From the NCBI GenBank assembly GCA_002269645.1, contig NIVC01004208.1, forward strand, positions 1 through 55,150: 55,150 nucleotides of DNA, in the 5' to 3' direction. This document shows positions 24,747-34,500 of the stretch, in pieces (position 1 is the first letter of the stretch; every line of letters begins with the position of its first letter). A program made the translations under genes and the position numbers. Under the pieces are notes generated by a model. It did not search any database and had not been told where the DNA came from. It saw only the letters and a list, made by a program, of their open reading frames with translations. This DNA is from Macrostomum lignano. Lineage: Eukaryota.

Positions 24747-25053
24747 AGTAGTATAGAAAAAGACGCTTCTAGACCCAGAGCACTTTTTTAATGACCGTTT
24801 TAAGGGTCTAGAGGGGGGACACGGGGGGTAAATAAAAAAACACATCTAAACACCCTTAACACATCTAATCACCCATAATCACCCCTAACAATAAAAATCA
24901 TTCCCAACACTTCCAAACACTCCCCAACACCCCCCTCGCGTCCCCCCTCTTAAGACCTTAAAAACGGCCATTAAAATAAGGTCTGATCTGTAAGCGTCTT
25001 TTTCTATACTACTACTCTATAACCCCTTGCCCGCGCCGCAGGCGCGAAGGGTC
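24747..25053. repeat. Left TIR of the Polinton (self-complementary hairpin 24747-25016)
   Basis: AGTAGTATAGAAAAGACGCTT ... AAGCGTCTTTTTCTATACTACT, followed by CGCGCCGCAGGCGCG. Confidence 0.85.
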
Positions 25054-25070
25054 TTTTTCTGTTACTAAAA

Positions 25071-25385
25071 ATGACCCGAGTTTACACCTTTTCTGTTAGT
25101 GATACTTTTGAGACTGTTGCTAAAAATGCAGAGATAATAAAACAACATATTTTGAATGGAATAATTGATGAAGTTTATTTAAAATATGACGACAAGCATG
25201 ACCTAAAGCTTTATCCATTAGAGCTAGATGAGATGTATGATTTAGAACAAGAGGGTGAGTTAATATTTCAACTTGGAGATTATTTAAATTCGGATGATTG
25301 GGAGGTTAGATCAACAGATTCCGAATCAACAAATAGTTCATATGAAACCAGTGATTCAGAGAATGAAAGTGAAATTTTTATGTGA
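25071..25385 (+). CDS. Polinton acidic protein of unknown function (104 aa)
   Basis: TAAAAATG start context and an AT-rich open frame. Confidence 0.6.
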   Translation: MTRVYTFSVSDTFETVAKNAEIIKQHILNGIIDEVYLKYDDKHDLKLYPLELDEMYDLEQEGELIFQLGDYLNSDDWEVRSTDSESTNSSYETSDSENESEIFM

Positions 25386-25401
25386 AAAAAATATTTAAAA
25401 A

Positions 25402-25656
25402 ATGAACTATTATTCTATAACAGAAACGACGTTTATTATGAAAAATATATATAAAAAAATGAAGGTAAATCGAACCCATGGTTCGCGTGCTTTGCACGAT
25501 TACTCCTACATCGGAAATGTTCCAATTAATGAACTTAATGAAAATTTAAGTTTGATAACAGTTGAACAAATGTCAATAATAATATTAGTAACAATTATAG
25601 TAATAATATTGTTTTTGTTTGTTATAAAAAATTTACTACCATGTTGTCTTAAGTAA
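25402..25656 (+). CDS. Polinton small membrane protein (84 aa) containing an in-frame double-hairpin insert
   Basis: C-terminal hydrophobic helix IIILVTIIVIILFLFVI. Confidence 0.6.
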   Translation: MNYYSITETTFIMKNIYKKMKVNRTHGSRALHDYSYIGNVPINELNENLSLITVEQMSIIILVTIIVIILFLFVIKNLLPCCLK

Positions 25657-25666
25657 CTGTTCGAAC

Positions 25667-26821
25667 TTAGTTCGCTGATATTAGTTGGTTCTCATAAAAC
25701 GAACCCAATATTTCTTCACCGTCCTTATCAGCAATTATATAGGTTGTAGGATTGGTATTTAAAACTTTACTGATAGTAAATTTCTCACTTATCTTCCAAT
25801 ATCCTTTTCTTCCTTTTTCAAACTTATCTTTCCATTTATAGATATAAACAGAATCACCAACCTTAAAAGATTTCTTTTTATTTTTTTCAAATTTTCCAAA
25901 AGTAACTTTAACGTTTTCAGGATTGTTATAAGCTTGTTGAGGAGTCATCTTTATCGCCGAATGATATGAATTGTTATAATCTTTCACTACGTCTGGTAAT
26001 ATTTTTACCCATTTTTGGTTACCATTAAGACTAAACTGAAACCACAATTTCTTACCTAAAGTTCGATTAAATCTTTCTATTAATGCGTTTTTGCTTTCTC
26101 CATAAATAGAATAAATTTTATTAATATACTCCCCATTCGCGTCTTTTTTCCTTTCTTGTCCTTTTTCAAAATGATATAATTTATACATATGAGGATTGTA
26201 AAATTCTTTTCCTTCGTCAACACACAAACGTTCGCTTTTTTCTCCAAGACTTCTAAAAGCAGCAGCAACATCCTCTCCTTTTTTGGATTTCAAAGGAACA
26301 GCCCACGCGTATCGAGTAAAACCATCTAATATGGTTAAGATATATTTATATCCTCTTTCGTTCGGCATCGACATTAAATCAGCATACCAAATTTCATTCT
26401 TTTTGAAGTTCATGATTTTTCTATAAAATTTCGGTTTTCGATATTCTTTATGAAGAATCTTTGCCTCATCAGAACTTAACCCACCACCACTTAACAACAA
26501 ACACTCAACACAATTATTTCCATGTTGATTATAATTAATTCCCAAACCAAATTTAACTTTAGACTGCAAGATCTTTTTAACCATCCACCTAGTTAATTTT
26601 TGACCTACCGATAATCCCTGCAAGTTATCTAATCCTTGAATCATTTTTTGATCGGCTTCATGTTTTAATCTTAATGCTTCCTCGGGTGTGTTCTTATCAG
26701 CATCTCTGTATGCTAAGTCATGATAGTATGCTAACCAATCAATTCCATTTATGGGAATTGAATCGGCTTTTGGGGTGTCATCAGGATTTAATCTCAAATC
26801 TAAGCGAGTGCCGGGTAGTTT
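25667..26821 (-). CDS. PLA2 C-part fused to a retroviral-type (rve) integrase
   Basis: PGTRL...PINGIDWLAYYHDLAY (parvovirus-like PLA2), then WYADL / LDGFTRYAW / VDEGKEF / IERFNRTL (DDE) and a C-terminal FKVGD...GSFYENQL motif. Confidence 0.9.
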   Translation of the reverse strand, partial: KLPGTRLDLRLNPDDTPKADSIPINGIDWLAYYHDLAYRDADKNTPEEALRLKHEADQKMIQGLDNLQGLSVGQKLTRWMVKKILQSKVKFGLGINYNQHGNNCVECLLLSGGGLSSDEAKILHKEYRKPKFYRKIMNFKKNEIWYADLMSMPNERGYKYILTILDGFTRYAWAVPLKSKKGEDVAAAFRSLGEKSERLCVDEGKEFYNPHMYKLYHFEKGQERKKDANGEYINKIYSIYGESKNALIERFNRTLGKKLWFQFSLNGNQKWVKILPDVVKDYNNSYHSAIKMTPQQAYNNPENVKVTFGKFEKNKKKSFKVGDSVYIYKWKDKFEKGRKGYWKISEKFTISKVLNTNPTTYIIADKDGEEILGSFYENQLISAN

Positions 26822-26822
26822 A

Positions 26823-27145
26823 CCCTCAATCTTTCGAAAGAGGCTGGAGCACACCTTAAGCGGCGATAATTACCGCCCATCTCCGTCTGCTCTCTGAACC
26901 TTCTCCTTATATTTAAAATACTTAGGAGCTTGGCTGCGCATTGCCACCGTGTCTTCAAGCTTGTTACCATCGAACCATAGGTTCGCGTGCAAAGCACGAT
27001 TGGGAAGAGGAGTTACCTCTGTTCCTTCAAAAGATTTCTCAATTGAAGTGGTACTTGAAGCTGTATGATGGGTTTCACGCAATTTGGAGATGTCGCCACA
27101 AATAGTGACTAGCAAGGACATTGCCTTCCTCACTCAGGCCACGGG
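26823..27145. mobile_element. Foreign insertion in PLA2, possibly a non-autonomous piggyBac-like element
   Basis: Minus-strand boundaries TTAA|CCC...GGG|TAAA and higher GC than its neighbours. The TIR does not extend beyond CCC. Confidence 0.35.
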
Positions 27146-27148
27146 TTA

Positions 27149-27274
27149 ACCTGTGAAGTTCATTGATGGTAGGTGTAGTTCCCCTGTATATTTACCAGTA
27201 GTAAAGATTGGTGGTAAGCTTGTTAATCCTTTTTGAACATCTAACAATCCTCCTTCAAACACTATTTGGTTCAT
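27149..27274 (-). pseudogene. N-terminal part of the PLA2-integrase gene, cut off by a ~330-bp insertion
   Basis: MNQIVFEGGLLDVQKG...ELHLPSMNFTG joins PGTRL at 26815; TAAAAATG start. Confidence 0.75.
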
Positions 27275-27824
27275 TTTTAATAGCCTTAAAAATACATGAA
27301 AGCACCAATTGTTTTGCAAACTCTTCAATGGTTGGTTGTTTAACTTTTTTATAGTTATTATCTACGCTAGTTAAGTATCTTTTATTTGTCCAATGTTCAG
27401 ACTTTTTCATCTGATCTTCATCTTTGTAACTAAACGAAGAAGCGGGAATGAAATGATCAATATCTAAATTTCCAGTATAATCTTTTGAAACATAATATTT
27501 TCTTGTGAAATTTAACCAATCAAAAAAGAATTCTTTTGTGCAATCAAGATATGAGATATAGTCCTTGTCATTAAAATTTTTCAACGCCCAATTTATTCTA
27601 TTTCTAATTAAAACAATATGTTTGTAATTATCATCATTGTGATACTTGTTTTTTCTATATTCATTAAATTTATCTTTATTGTTTTTCATCCAAATAGTAG
27701 ATGAGGTATTATGACAAGATCGACAATCATTTCTAAATTTTTTTGAATCATTTCTCCAAAAATAAAATTCTTTCGTCATTGGTTTTTCTTGTTTACACTT
27801 AATACAAATCTTTTTAGGTTCCAT
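27255..27824 (-). CDS. Zn-finger + HNH endonuclease-like protein
   Basis: CxxC...CxxC N-terminus and DIDHFIP...EHWTNKRYL...DN, which resembles the HIDHIxP...HYTNLQPL...DN motif of viral HNH proteins. Confidence 0.75.
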   Translation of the reverse strand: MEPKKICIKCKQEKPMTKEFYFWRNDSKKFRNDCRSCHNTSSTIWMKNNKDKFNEYRKNKYHNDDNYKHIVLIRNRINWALKNFNDKDYISYLDCTKEFFFDWLNFTRKYYVSKDYTGNLDIDHFIPASSFSYKDEDQMKKSEHWTNKRYLTSVDNNYKKVKQPTIEEFAKQLVLSCIFKAIKNEPNSV

Positions 27825-27852
27825 TTTATAAAAAAATAAATTTAACAATTAA

Positions 27853-28524
27853 TTAAACTCCAGTATGTCCAGCAGCTTTCGCAGCAGCTAAAACAAGTTT
27901 TCGCGGTGTTTTAAATCCTTCTTTAACAGCTGGTTTGTTATTTATAGAATTAACAATCCTTTTATACAAGCTGGTATTTTTAGCAGCTCTTACTCCCAAC
28001 TCATCATAAAAAATTTTTGCACTTACTAATTCATCCCTAGTATATAATTAAGGGTTAAATTTTACCCTAGGGTTCATAACAATATTATATGCTCCGCCCA
28101 ATTCTCTATATAGTTCATTTCGATTTTTATCAACTCCACCAATTCGATAATTATTATTACCTAAATCTGTCACAGCAATACTAGCTGGTGCAGGTCTCGG
28201 ATATTCATCAACTCCACCCCTTTCTGCAGCCCTAATCTCTGCAACTCTCAATTGAGCTTGATCAACATCATAAGCTGGCGGCTCATCCAAAATTTCATCC
28301 TCTTTTGGCTCCGTATTTTTAGCAATTTTTTCCAGAAGATCTTTATCTGTTTTTTCTAGTTCACTAATTTTCCCAGTAATAGGATTAACAAAAAGAGCAG
28401 CAAATCTTTCACCCGCTAATTGTATTCCTAACTTTCTTTTTTGTAAATTTCTAACAAAATCAGAATATCTTTGCTTCTCTTTATAAATCGCTAACTCTCC
28501 ATCAACGTCCATAAATTGACTCAT
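27853..28524 (-). pseudogene. Polinton hypothetical protein with one in-frame TAA (28048-28050)
   Basis: The frame stays open for a further 64 codons after the TAA (LYTRDELV...GHTGV). Confidence 0.55.
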
Positions 28525-28558
28525 TTTTTAACATAAAAAACTTTTTTAACTTAAAAAA

Positions 28559-29088
28559 ATGGCTGAAACAAAAACTATGTGGAGTGATAAATTTCATTTC
28601 AAAAAGCACCGACAGTATATTAATGAGATCAGAGCAAGAGATTTAAATTATACCCTACCAACAAGTGATAATTCAAATAACTTTACTACTGGAACGGTAA
28701 CTTTTGACATCGGCGCAACCAACACTATATTGGATATGAAAAATGCGTTTTTCCGCGTTAGATGGTTGTATACTAGAAATGATGGAACTGCTCTTGCAGC
28801 CGGAGATATCGCAGATCGATCCGGAATAATAATAGAAAATGATTGGTTTTATAAATGTTTTTCCCAAGCTCAACTAACTGTTAATGGTGCTGAGGTTGAG
28901 ACATCATCAAACCCCGCAGAGATTAATGGAGTTTTGAAACATTTAAATTATACTTATTTATCAAAACAAGTTGGTGATAATGTTGGGTGGATGCCGGATA
29001 AAGGTAACGGTCAAGCAGTAGTTTTCCCTAATGTACAAAACGCAGCCGGTGCAGATACTGCAGCGCTAATTGTTTACCTTAATACAAA
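28559..29088 (+). pseudogene. Major capsid protein (double jelly-roll), 5' part
   Basis: Polinton MCP-like N-terminus (TFDI...LDMKNAFF...VNGAEVE), interrupted by an LTR at 29089. Confidence 0.8.
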
Positions 29089-30163
29089 TGTAGTGAGTCG
29101 CTAGTTTAGTTAGGCGCCGCACTAGTCAGCTGTTGCCCTCGCCTTCTCCCCAGGTTTCTGTCTGCCGCTGGGCAGTTGCCTGTCCCTCCCGCCTGTCCCT
29201 GGCCTGTCCTCTGCCCGTTTGTCTGTCTGTCTGTTTGTCCTCGTTTGCCCCTTTTGTCTCGCTTTCCCTTTTTGCAGTGCCCAGACAGCTTGGTCTGGCC
29301 TGCCTCTGTTTCGTTCTCTGTCAGGCATCTCCAAATTTGGAGTGCCTTCCTGTTTTCCGGTCCCACGGTCACGAGTGCCTTCACTTGTGGGCCTTTTCCC
29401 CTTGTCATGTGAGTCAGTCACATGACAAGGCCCTCTTCCTTCTTTAGTCCAAAGTGCAATGATTTCATCATTGTACGCTGGGCTCGTGTTTATGGGGAGA
29501 TCACGTGCGCCCGGACCCCCCTTGCCTCCTCTGAGGCAGGGCCCGCTTGTTTGTTGCTAAAAATAGCAACAGAGTCACTTATGACTCTCAGCGGGGGCCT
29601 TTCGTGCTATGGTGCAATCGATCCTCCCTATAAATGCAGCCCCTCTCCTGGCTTGGCTCAGACAAGCCTTTCTTTCCTTCCGTTAACCGTGCCTTCCGTT
29701 TCAGCCTTTCGTTTCTGCGTTTTCCGCGTTCCGTTTTCGTTTCTAGCGGACACTAAGTTGTGTGCCAAGTTTGCGCTTAAGTTGAACTCCAAGACTCCCG
29801 ACTTTGCGCGTGACTGCCTCTGATTGTTCCTGCTATCAATTAGCAGGCCAGCTCGGATCGCCCGAAGCTAGCACTTTCGCTCTCACCCCGCACCAGCCCG
29901 GCAGGGACTGCTGACGGTGGGCACCTCTGCGCGAGAACTGCTAAATCTGCACGAAGTGCGAGTCTCTTTCTCTCGTCTTAGTTATTTGCTTCTACGAGCT
30001 CAGCACCTCACCGAAGGCTGCGACTCTGCGAAGCTGGTGGCAGCACTACCAACGCTAGATCAACCCGGAGACTTCCCAGAGGAGCTCAAGCAACTGTACT
30101 TCACCGGGGCAGCGTTCCTATTGAAGGCCTCTAGACAACCACAGGCAAGACACCTATACTTCA
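29089..30163 (+). repeat. 5' LTR (1075 bp)
   Basis: Matches 38148..39223; by eye the only difference is C6 vs C7. TATAAA lies near 29628. Confidence 0.95.
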
Positions 30164-30164
30164 T

Positions 30165-30186
30165 TGGTGGCAGCGGTGGGATTCGA
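30165..30186 (+). promoter_or_regulatory. Primer-binding site complementary to the tRNA-Leu 3' end
   Basis: TGGTGGCAGCGGTGGGATTCGA is the reverse complement of the tRNA-Leu end ...TCGAATCCCACCGCTGCCA-CCA. Confidence 0.9.
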
Positions 30187-30300
30187 CGAGTCAACGACAC
30201 GACTATCTGGGATTCGACGAGTCAACGACACGACTATCTGGGATTCGACGAGTCAACGACACGACTATCTGGGATCCGACAAGTCAAGATTCGACTACTA
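30178..30300 (+). repeat. 31-bp tandem repeat in the Gypsy leader (3 perfect + 1 diverged copy)
   Basis: GGGATTCGACGAGTCAACGACACGACTATCT at 30178, 30209 and 30240; diverged copy at 30271. Confidence 0.9.
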
Positions 30301-30357
30301 CTACACCCAAGACAACCGCTCTTTCGAGTAAGAATTCGGCTATTCTACTAATTTGAA

Positions 30358-31527
30358 ATGTTTAACGAGAGAGAAGAGAGCCGGTGCAGCAGCCGGCTGG
30401 ATCAGCACATCAGCAGTTCGAGACCTGCAGCAGCATCGGCTGCCGCAGCAGCAGCGGTCAACGACCTTGGTCAGCAGATGCCGCGGCGAAGTGCGAGAAG
30501 CGAAGTGTCCGAAGACCCGCCAGACGAGCTTCTGCCAGGTTTGGACGACCTCGGCCAGAACATCAGGCCCCAGGATGTGAGAACGATGATGGCAGCTCTG
30601 CAGCAGCAGATGGAGCGGCCGGTAAGCAAATCTGTTAAGATTGTAAAGTACACGCCCAGCCAGGACATCCACGTCTGGCTCGCCGCGTTCGAGCAGCGCT
30701 GCGAGATGGAGCGTATCGAAGACCCGATCGAGATGAAGCAGCACCTCGTTGCGAGTCTAGATCTGGCAACCGCTTACCCGGCTCTGCTCAGTATGCACCT
30801 CCCACGCTATGCTGGCTACGAGGAGGTCAGGCAGCGACTGATCGAGAGATTCGCCCGCCACGGTGGCGCGGATGAATATCGAGAGCTGCTGAGGCGCCGT
30901 CAGCAAGGCAAGAATGAGTCAGCAGAAGAGTACGCTGATGCCCTGCGCACCTTGGGAGAGCGAGCGTACCCTCGAATGCACCCTGAGGATCGAGAGCGGG
31001 AGCTGGCTGATCAGTTCCTAGCTGGCATCAGGACGACACCAGATCTGCGCGAGCGGCTCTATTGGGTCCGCCCGAACAATCTGCTGGCCGCTATTCGAGA
31101 ACTCCATCGTCTGGAAGGCGCCAAGGAACTGGCGCAGCGCTCTGCTCAACCCCCGGTTCGCATGCTGAACGGGGAGCGCGACGGTGACCCGACGCCCGAC
31201 GCCACCGCTCAAGCTCTCCTAGCTCTGACTGATCTGCTAGAGAAACAGCAGCGACTGCTAGACAACCTGGTGCAGCGTGACCAGCAGCAGAAGACGAGTC
31301 CGCCTTCGAAAGCCATGATCTGCTATGGCTGTGGTCAGCCTGGTCACCGCAATGCACAGTGCCCGTTACGCCAGAACCAGGGAAACGGCGAGACGGAGAG
31401 CGCCCACGGCAACGCCCTCCGCAGAGCCCAAGCCCCGGCTACTTGGCAGACTCCGAACGCTCACCAGAAGAAGAGGATGTCGGCTGCGCAGGCGCCAATG
31501 CCCAGTCCGACAGTCGCTCATCAGTAA
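30358..31527 (+). CDS. gag: Gypsy Gag
   Basis: Capsid-like region (WLAAFE..., FLAGI) and zinc knuckle CYGCGQPGHRNAQC. Confidence 0.9.
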   Translation: MFNEREESRCSSRLDQHISSSRPAAASAAAAAAVNDLGQQMPRRSARSEVSEDPPDELLPGLDDLGQNIRPQDVRTMMAALQQQMERPVSKSVKIVKYTPSQDIHVWLAAFEQRCEMERIEDPIEMKQHLVASLDLATAYPALLSMHLPRYAGYEEVRQRLIERFARHGGADEYRELLRRRQQGKNESAEEYADALRTLGERAYPRMHPEDRERELADQFLAGIRTTPDLRERLYWVRPNNLLAAIRELHRLEGAKELAQRSAQPPVRMLNGERDGDPTPDATAQALLALTDLLEKQQRLLDNLVQRDQQQKTSPPSKAMICYGCGQPGHRNAQCPLRQNQGNGETESAHGNALRRAQAPATWQTPNAHQKKRMSAAQAPMPSPTVAHQ

Positions 31528-34500
31528 GTGAGGCTGAGCGGAGGTTTCGTGGACACCTCCGATGATCAAAAAATCCATGCGCGTGAGGCTGATCCGTACG
31601 TCACCGGCCGATTGGCGGGCCGAGAAGTCCCTTTCCTACTAGACAGCGGCAGTCGGAAAAACTTTCTTGGAGCGTCGACCTGGGCCAATGTTAGACGTCG
31701 GATGCCTCGTTGTATCATATCGCATGCTATCCCGGATTGCGTGACCATGTACGACGGTACGCAGCTACCCCTTGCGTGTAAGGTGATCATCCCGGTGGAG
31801 TTCGGTGATGTCGTCGCGGACACCGAATTCCTGGTCACGGTCACCGATTGTGAAAATTTGCTTGGTATTAATTTCATGCGTGAACACTGCCAGAACTTGG
31901 ACTTTGCTCAAGGAATGTTAAAGTTCAACAATGGCGCGTGCATTCCCGTTCGCTATTCGCGCCGTGAGCTTCAATCATGCCGGGTGTACACCTCCGAGAA
32001 GTGCACTCTGCCGCCGAGAAGTTCAGCGCTGTTGGCCGTCCAGTTGGATGTCGGCCACCCCGAGAACCGAGGATCGCCATCAATCGTCGAGCTGGTGAAG
32101 TCGAGACTGCACCCCAGCTGCAACACTCTGGAAGCAGCTCCAGCTCTGATGACTATGCCTGAAGGTCGAGGCTACATCGAGGTCGTCAACACTGCTGACT
32201 GTGAGGTGTTCCTGCAGTCGGGCATCCGCGTTGGGTTGCGACACCACTTAGAACTGCCGACCTGATGTACCTGGAAGAGACGCCGGAACCTGAAGTGCGA
32301 CATTTGCCAAGGAGCCCTGAAGAGTCCAGCACAGCTTGGCTAGAGGAAGTCGAGATCAACAGCGAGCTGTCCGAAGATCAACGACAGAGAGTGCGAGATC
32401 TACTAGTTGAGTGTCAAGCAGCCTTCTCGAAGCATCTGCTAGACGCTGGCCTGACACACTTGGTGACCCACGAGATCATCCTGAAGGATCGGACACCAGT
32501 TGCGCTACCACCGCGCAGGATCCCGCCTCATCTGAAGGACAAGCTAGACGCCCTGCTAGACGAGATGCTGGCGAAGCACATCATTCGCCCGGCTTATTCT
32601 AGCTACAACTCGCCAATGCTGATAGTGCCCAAGAAGGACGGAACATCAGGCTGGTGCATGACTTCAGAGCTCTCAACGACAAGTGTGTGTACCACCCGTA
32701 CCCGCTGCCGCACATTCAGGAGACCTTCGCGAAGCTGCGTGGTGCCCAGTGGTACTCTAGCTTGGATCTCGCTCAAGGATTCTGGCAGATCCCGCTGCGC
32801 GACTGCGATCAGCACCTGACGGCGTTCTCTGTGATTGACCGCGGACAATTCTGTTTCAATGTTCTACCGATGGGTCTCCACGATAGTCCAGGCAGCTTTC
32901 AGCGTTGCATCAATAAGCTCCTGGACGGCCTGACGCCAAAGACTGCGCTTGGCTACATGGATGACATCGTGGTGCACTCTGTGACCTTCGAGGAGCAGCT
33001 GGACAACCTGCGGACTGTACTCCAGCGGATTATCGCAGCCAACCTCAAGGTCAAGCCGAAGAAGTGCCATTTGTTCCTCAAGGAGCTGCATTATCTAGGC
33101 CACGTCGTGACTCCCGACGGCCTGAAGACCTGTGAGGACAAGATTGCGCAGATCCGTGATTGGCCCGTGCCACAGTCCGTTACTCAACTGAGACAATTCC
33201 TAGGCCTCGCCAATTACTACCACAAGTTTGTCAACGGCTACGCTGGATTTGCTGCGCCGCTACATGCCCTGACTCGAAAGGACATCGGCAGCCTGCGGCA
33301 GCATTGGACTGATGAGCACCAGGTAGCGTTCGACACGTTGAAGAAGAAGTTGTGTTCGACTGAAGTTCTCGCTCTGCCTGAGTTTAACTCAGATCCTAAT
33401 GTGAAGTTTGTCCTAGACACGGATGCCTCAGACATTCGCATAGGCGCTTGTCTTGGACAACGGCAATCCGACGGCGTCGAGCGCCCAATTGCATTCTTTA
33501 GCCGGAAGCTTCGTGATCCTGAGAAGCGCTACACGGTCACGAAGAAAGAGCTGCTTGCAATCGTGGACGCGATGCGACATTTCCGTCATTATTTAATCGG
33601 CAAGAAGTTTGAAGTTCGTTCTGACCATCGGGCCTTGCTGTGGCTGCTGAACCAGACGCAGGTCACAGGCATCTTGGGCCGTTGGATTGAGCGATTAAGC
33701 GAGTTCCGCTTCCAGCTTCACCATCGCAAAGGCAAGGACCACGCCAACGCTGACGCCCTGTCAAGACGCCCGGAGACACCACCGGTTGACTTCGAACATG
33801 GCCGACTGCTGGAGCACCCCGGTTCTGCAGCCCGACCCGGTGATGACACCAGCCTGGAGCCGGAATTGGACACCACACGTGAGGCCACTGCGAGAGCAGC
33901 CCGCACGAAGAAGGTCCACACTCGCAACAAGGAGGCCGAAACTGCCCTGGCCGAAGACCTGGAGGCCACTGCGCCAGCAGTCCTTCAGCACGACGACCAT
34001 CGCTGCAGTCAACGCCTGGAGACCGGTTTGGACACCAACCCGGAGGCCACTGACACCTCAGCCCTCCGCAGCGACGCCCACGCCGACTGCCGTTACTTGG
34101 AGATTCGCCCGGACAAAACCCTCGGAGGCCACTGCTGACGTAGACCTCCTTGATGATGTCCAAGACTGCGGGTCTCGGAATCTGGAGACGCCCATGGACC
34201 ACGACTCAGAGGCCACTGAACAAGCAGCCCTTCTGATGACAGCCCACAACGCGAATCCAGACCAGCAATGTAAGTTCAACTCCCCGGAGTTTTGCGCTGA
34301 GAGTTCTCGCCGTGTTGACAGAGGCCAGACTCTCGCGACGGCTGCAAGGTCAACGCTCTGTCCCCCGAGCCGACAGACAGCTGCTCATCGCCTGTGCGGA
34401 AAGTCGAGTCCCCCTTTGCGACACCGCCCAGTGCTGGAGAAGACTCACCCAATGACGACGATGATCGAGCCGACGGCTACGGCTGCCTGCGACGAGGCGT

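Noticed and set aside
26870-27133. 87-aa ORF as a genuine viral gene
   Set aside because: It lies within the insertion that splits PLA2, lacks the A-rich ATG context and has no motif.
29106-29823. ORFs within the LTRs
   Set aside because: Duplicated identically in both LTRs, no protein motifs, and one is altered by the homopolymer indel.
32263-32267. TGATG stop-restart mechanism in pol
   Set aside because: A single missing G at 32233-32235 restores a continuous frame; an indel is simpler.
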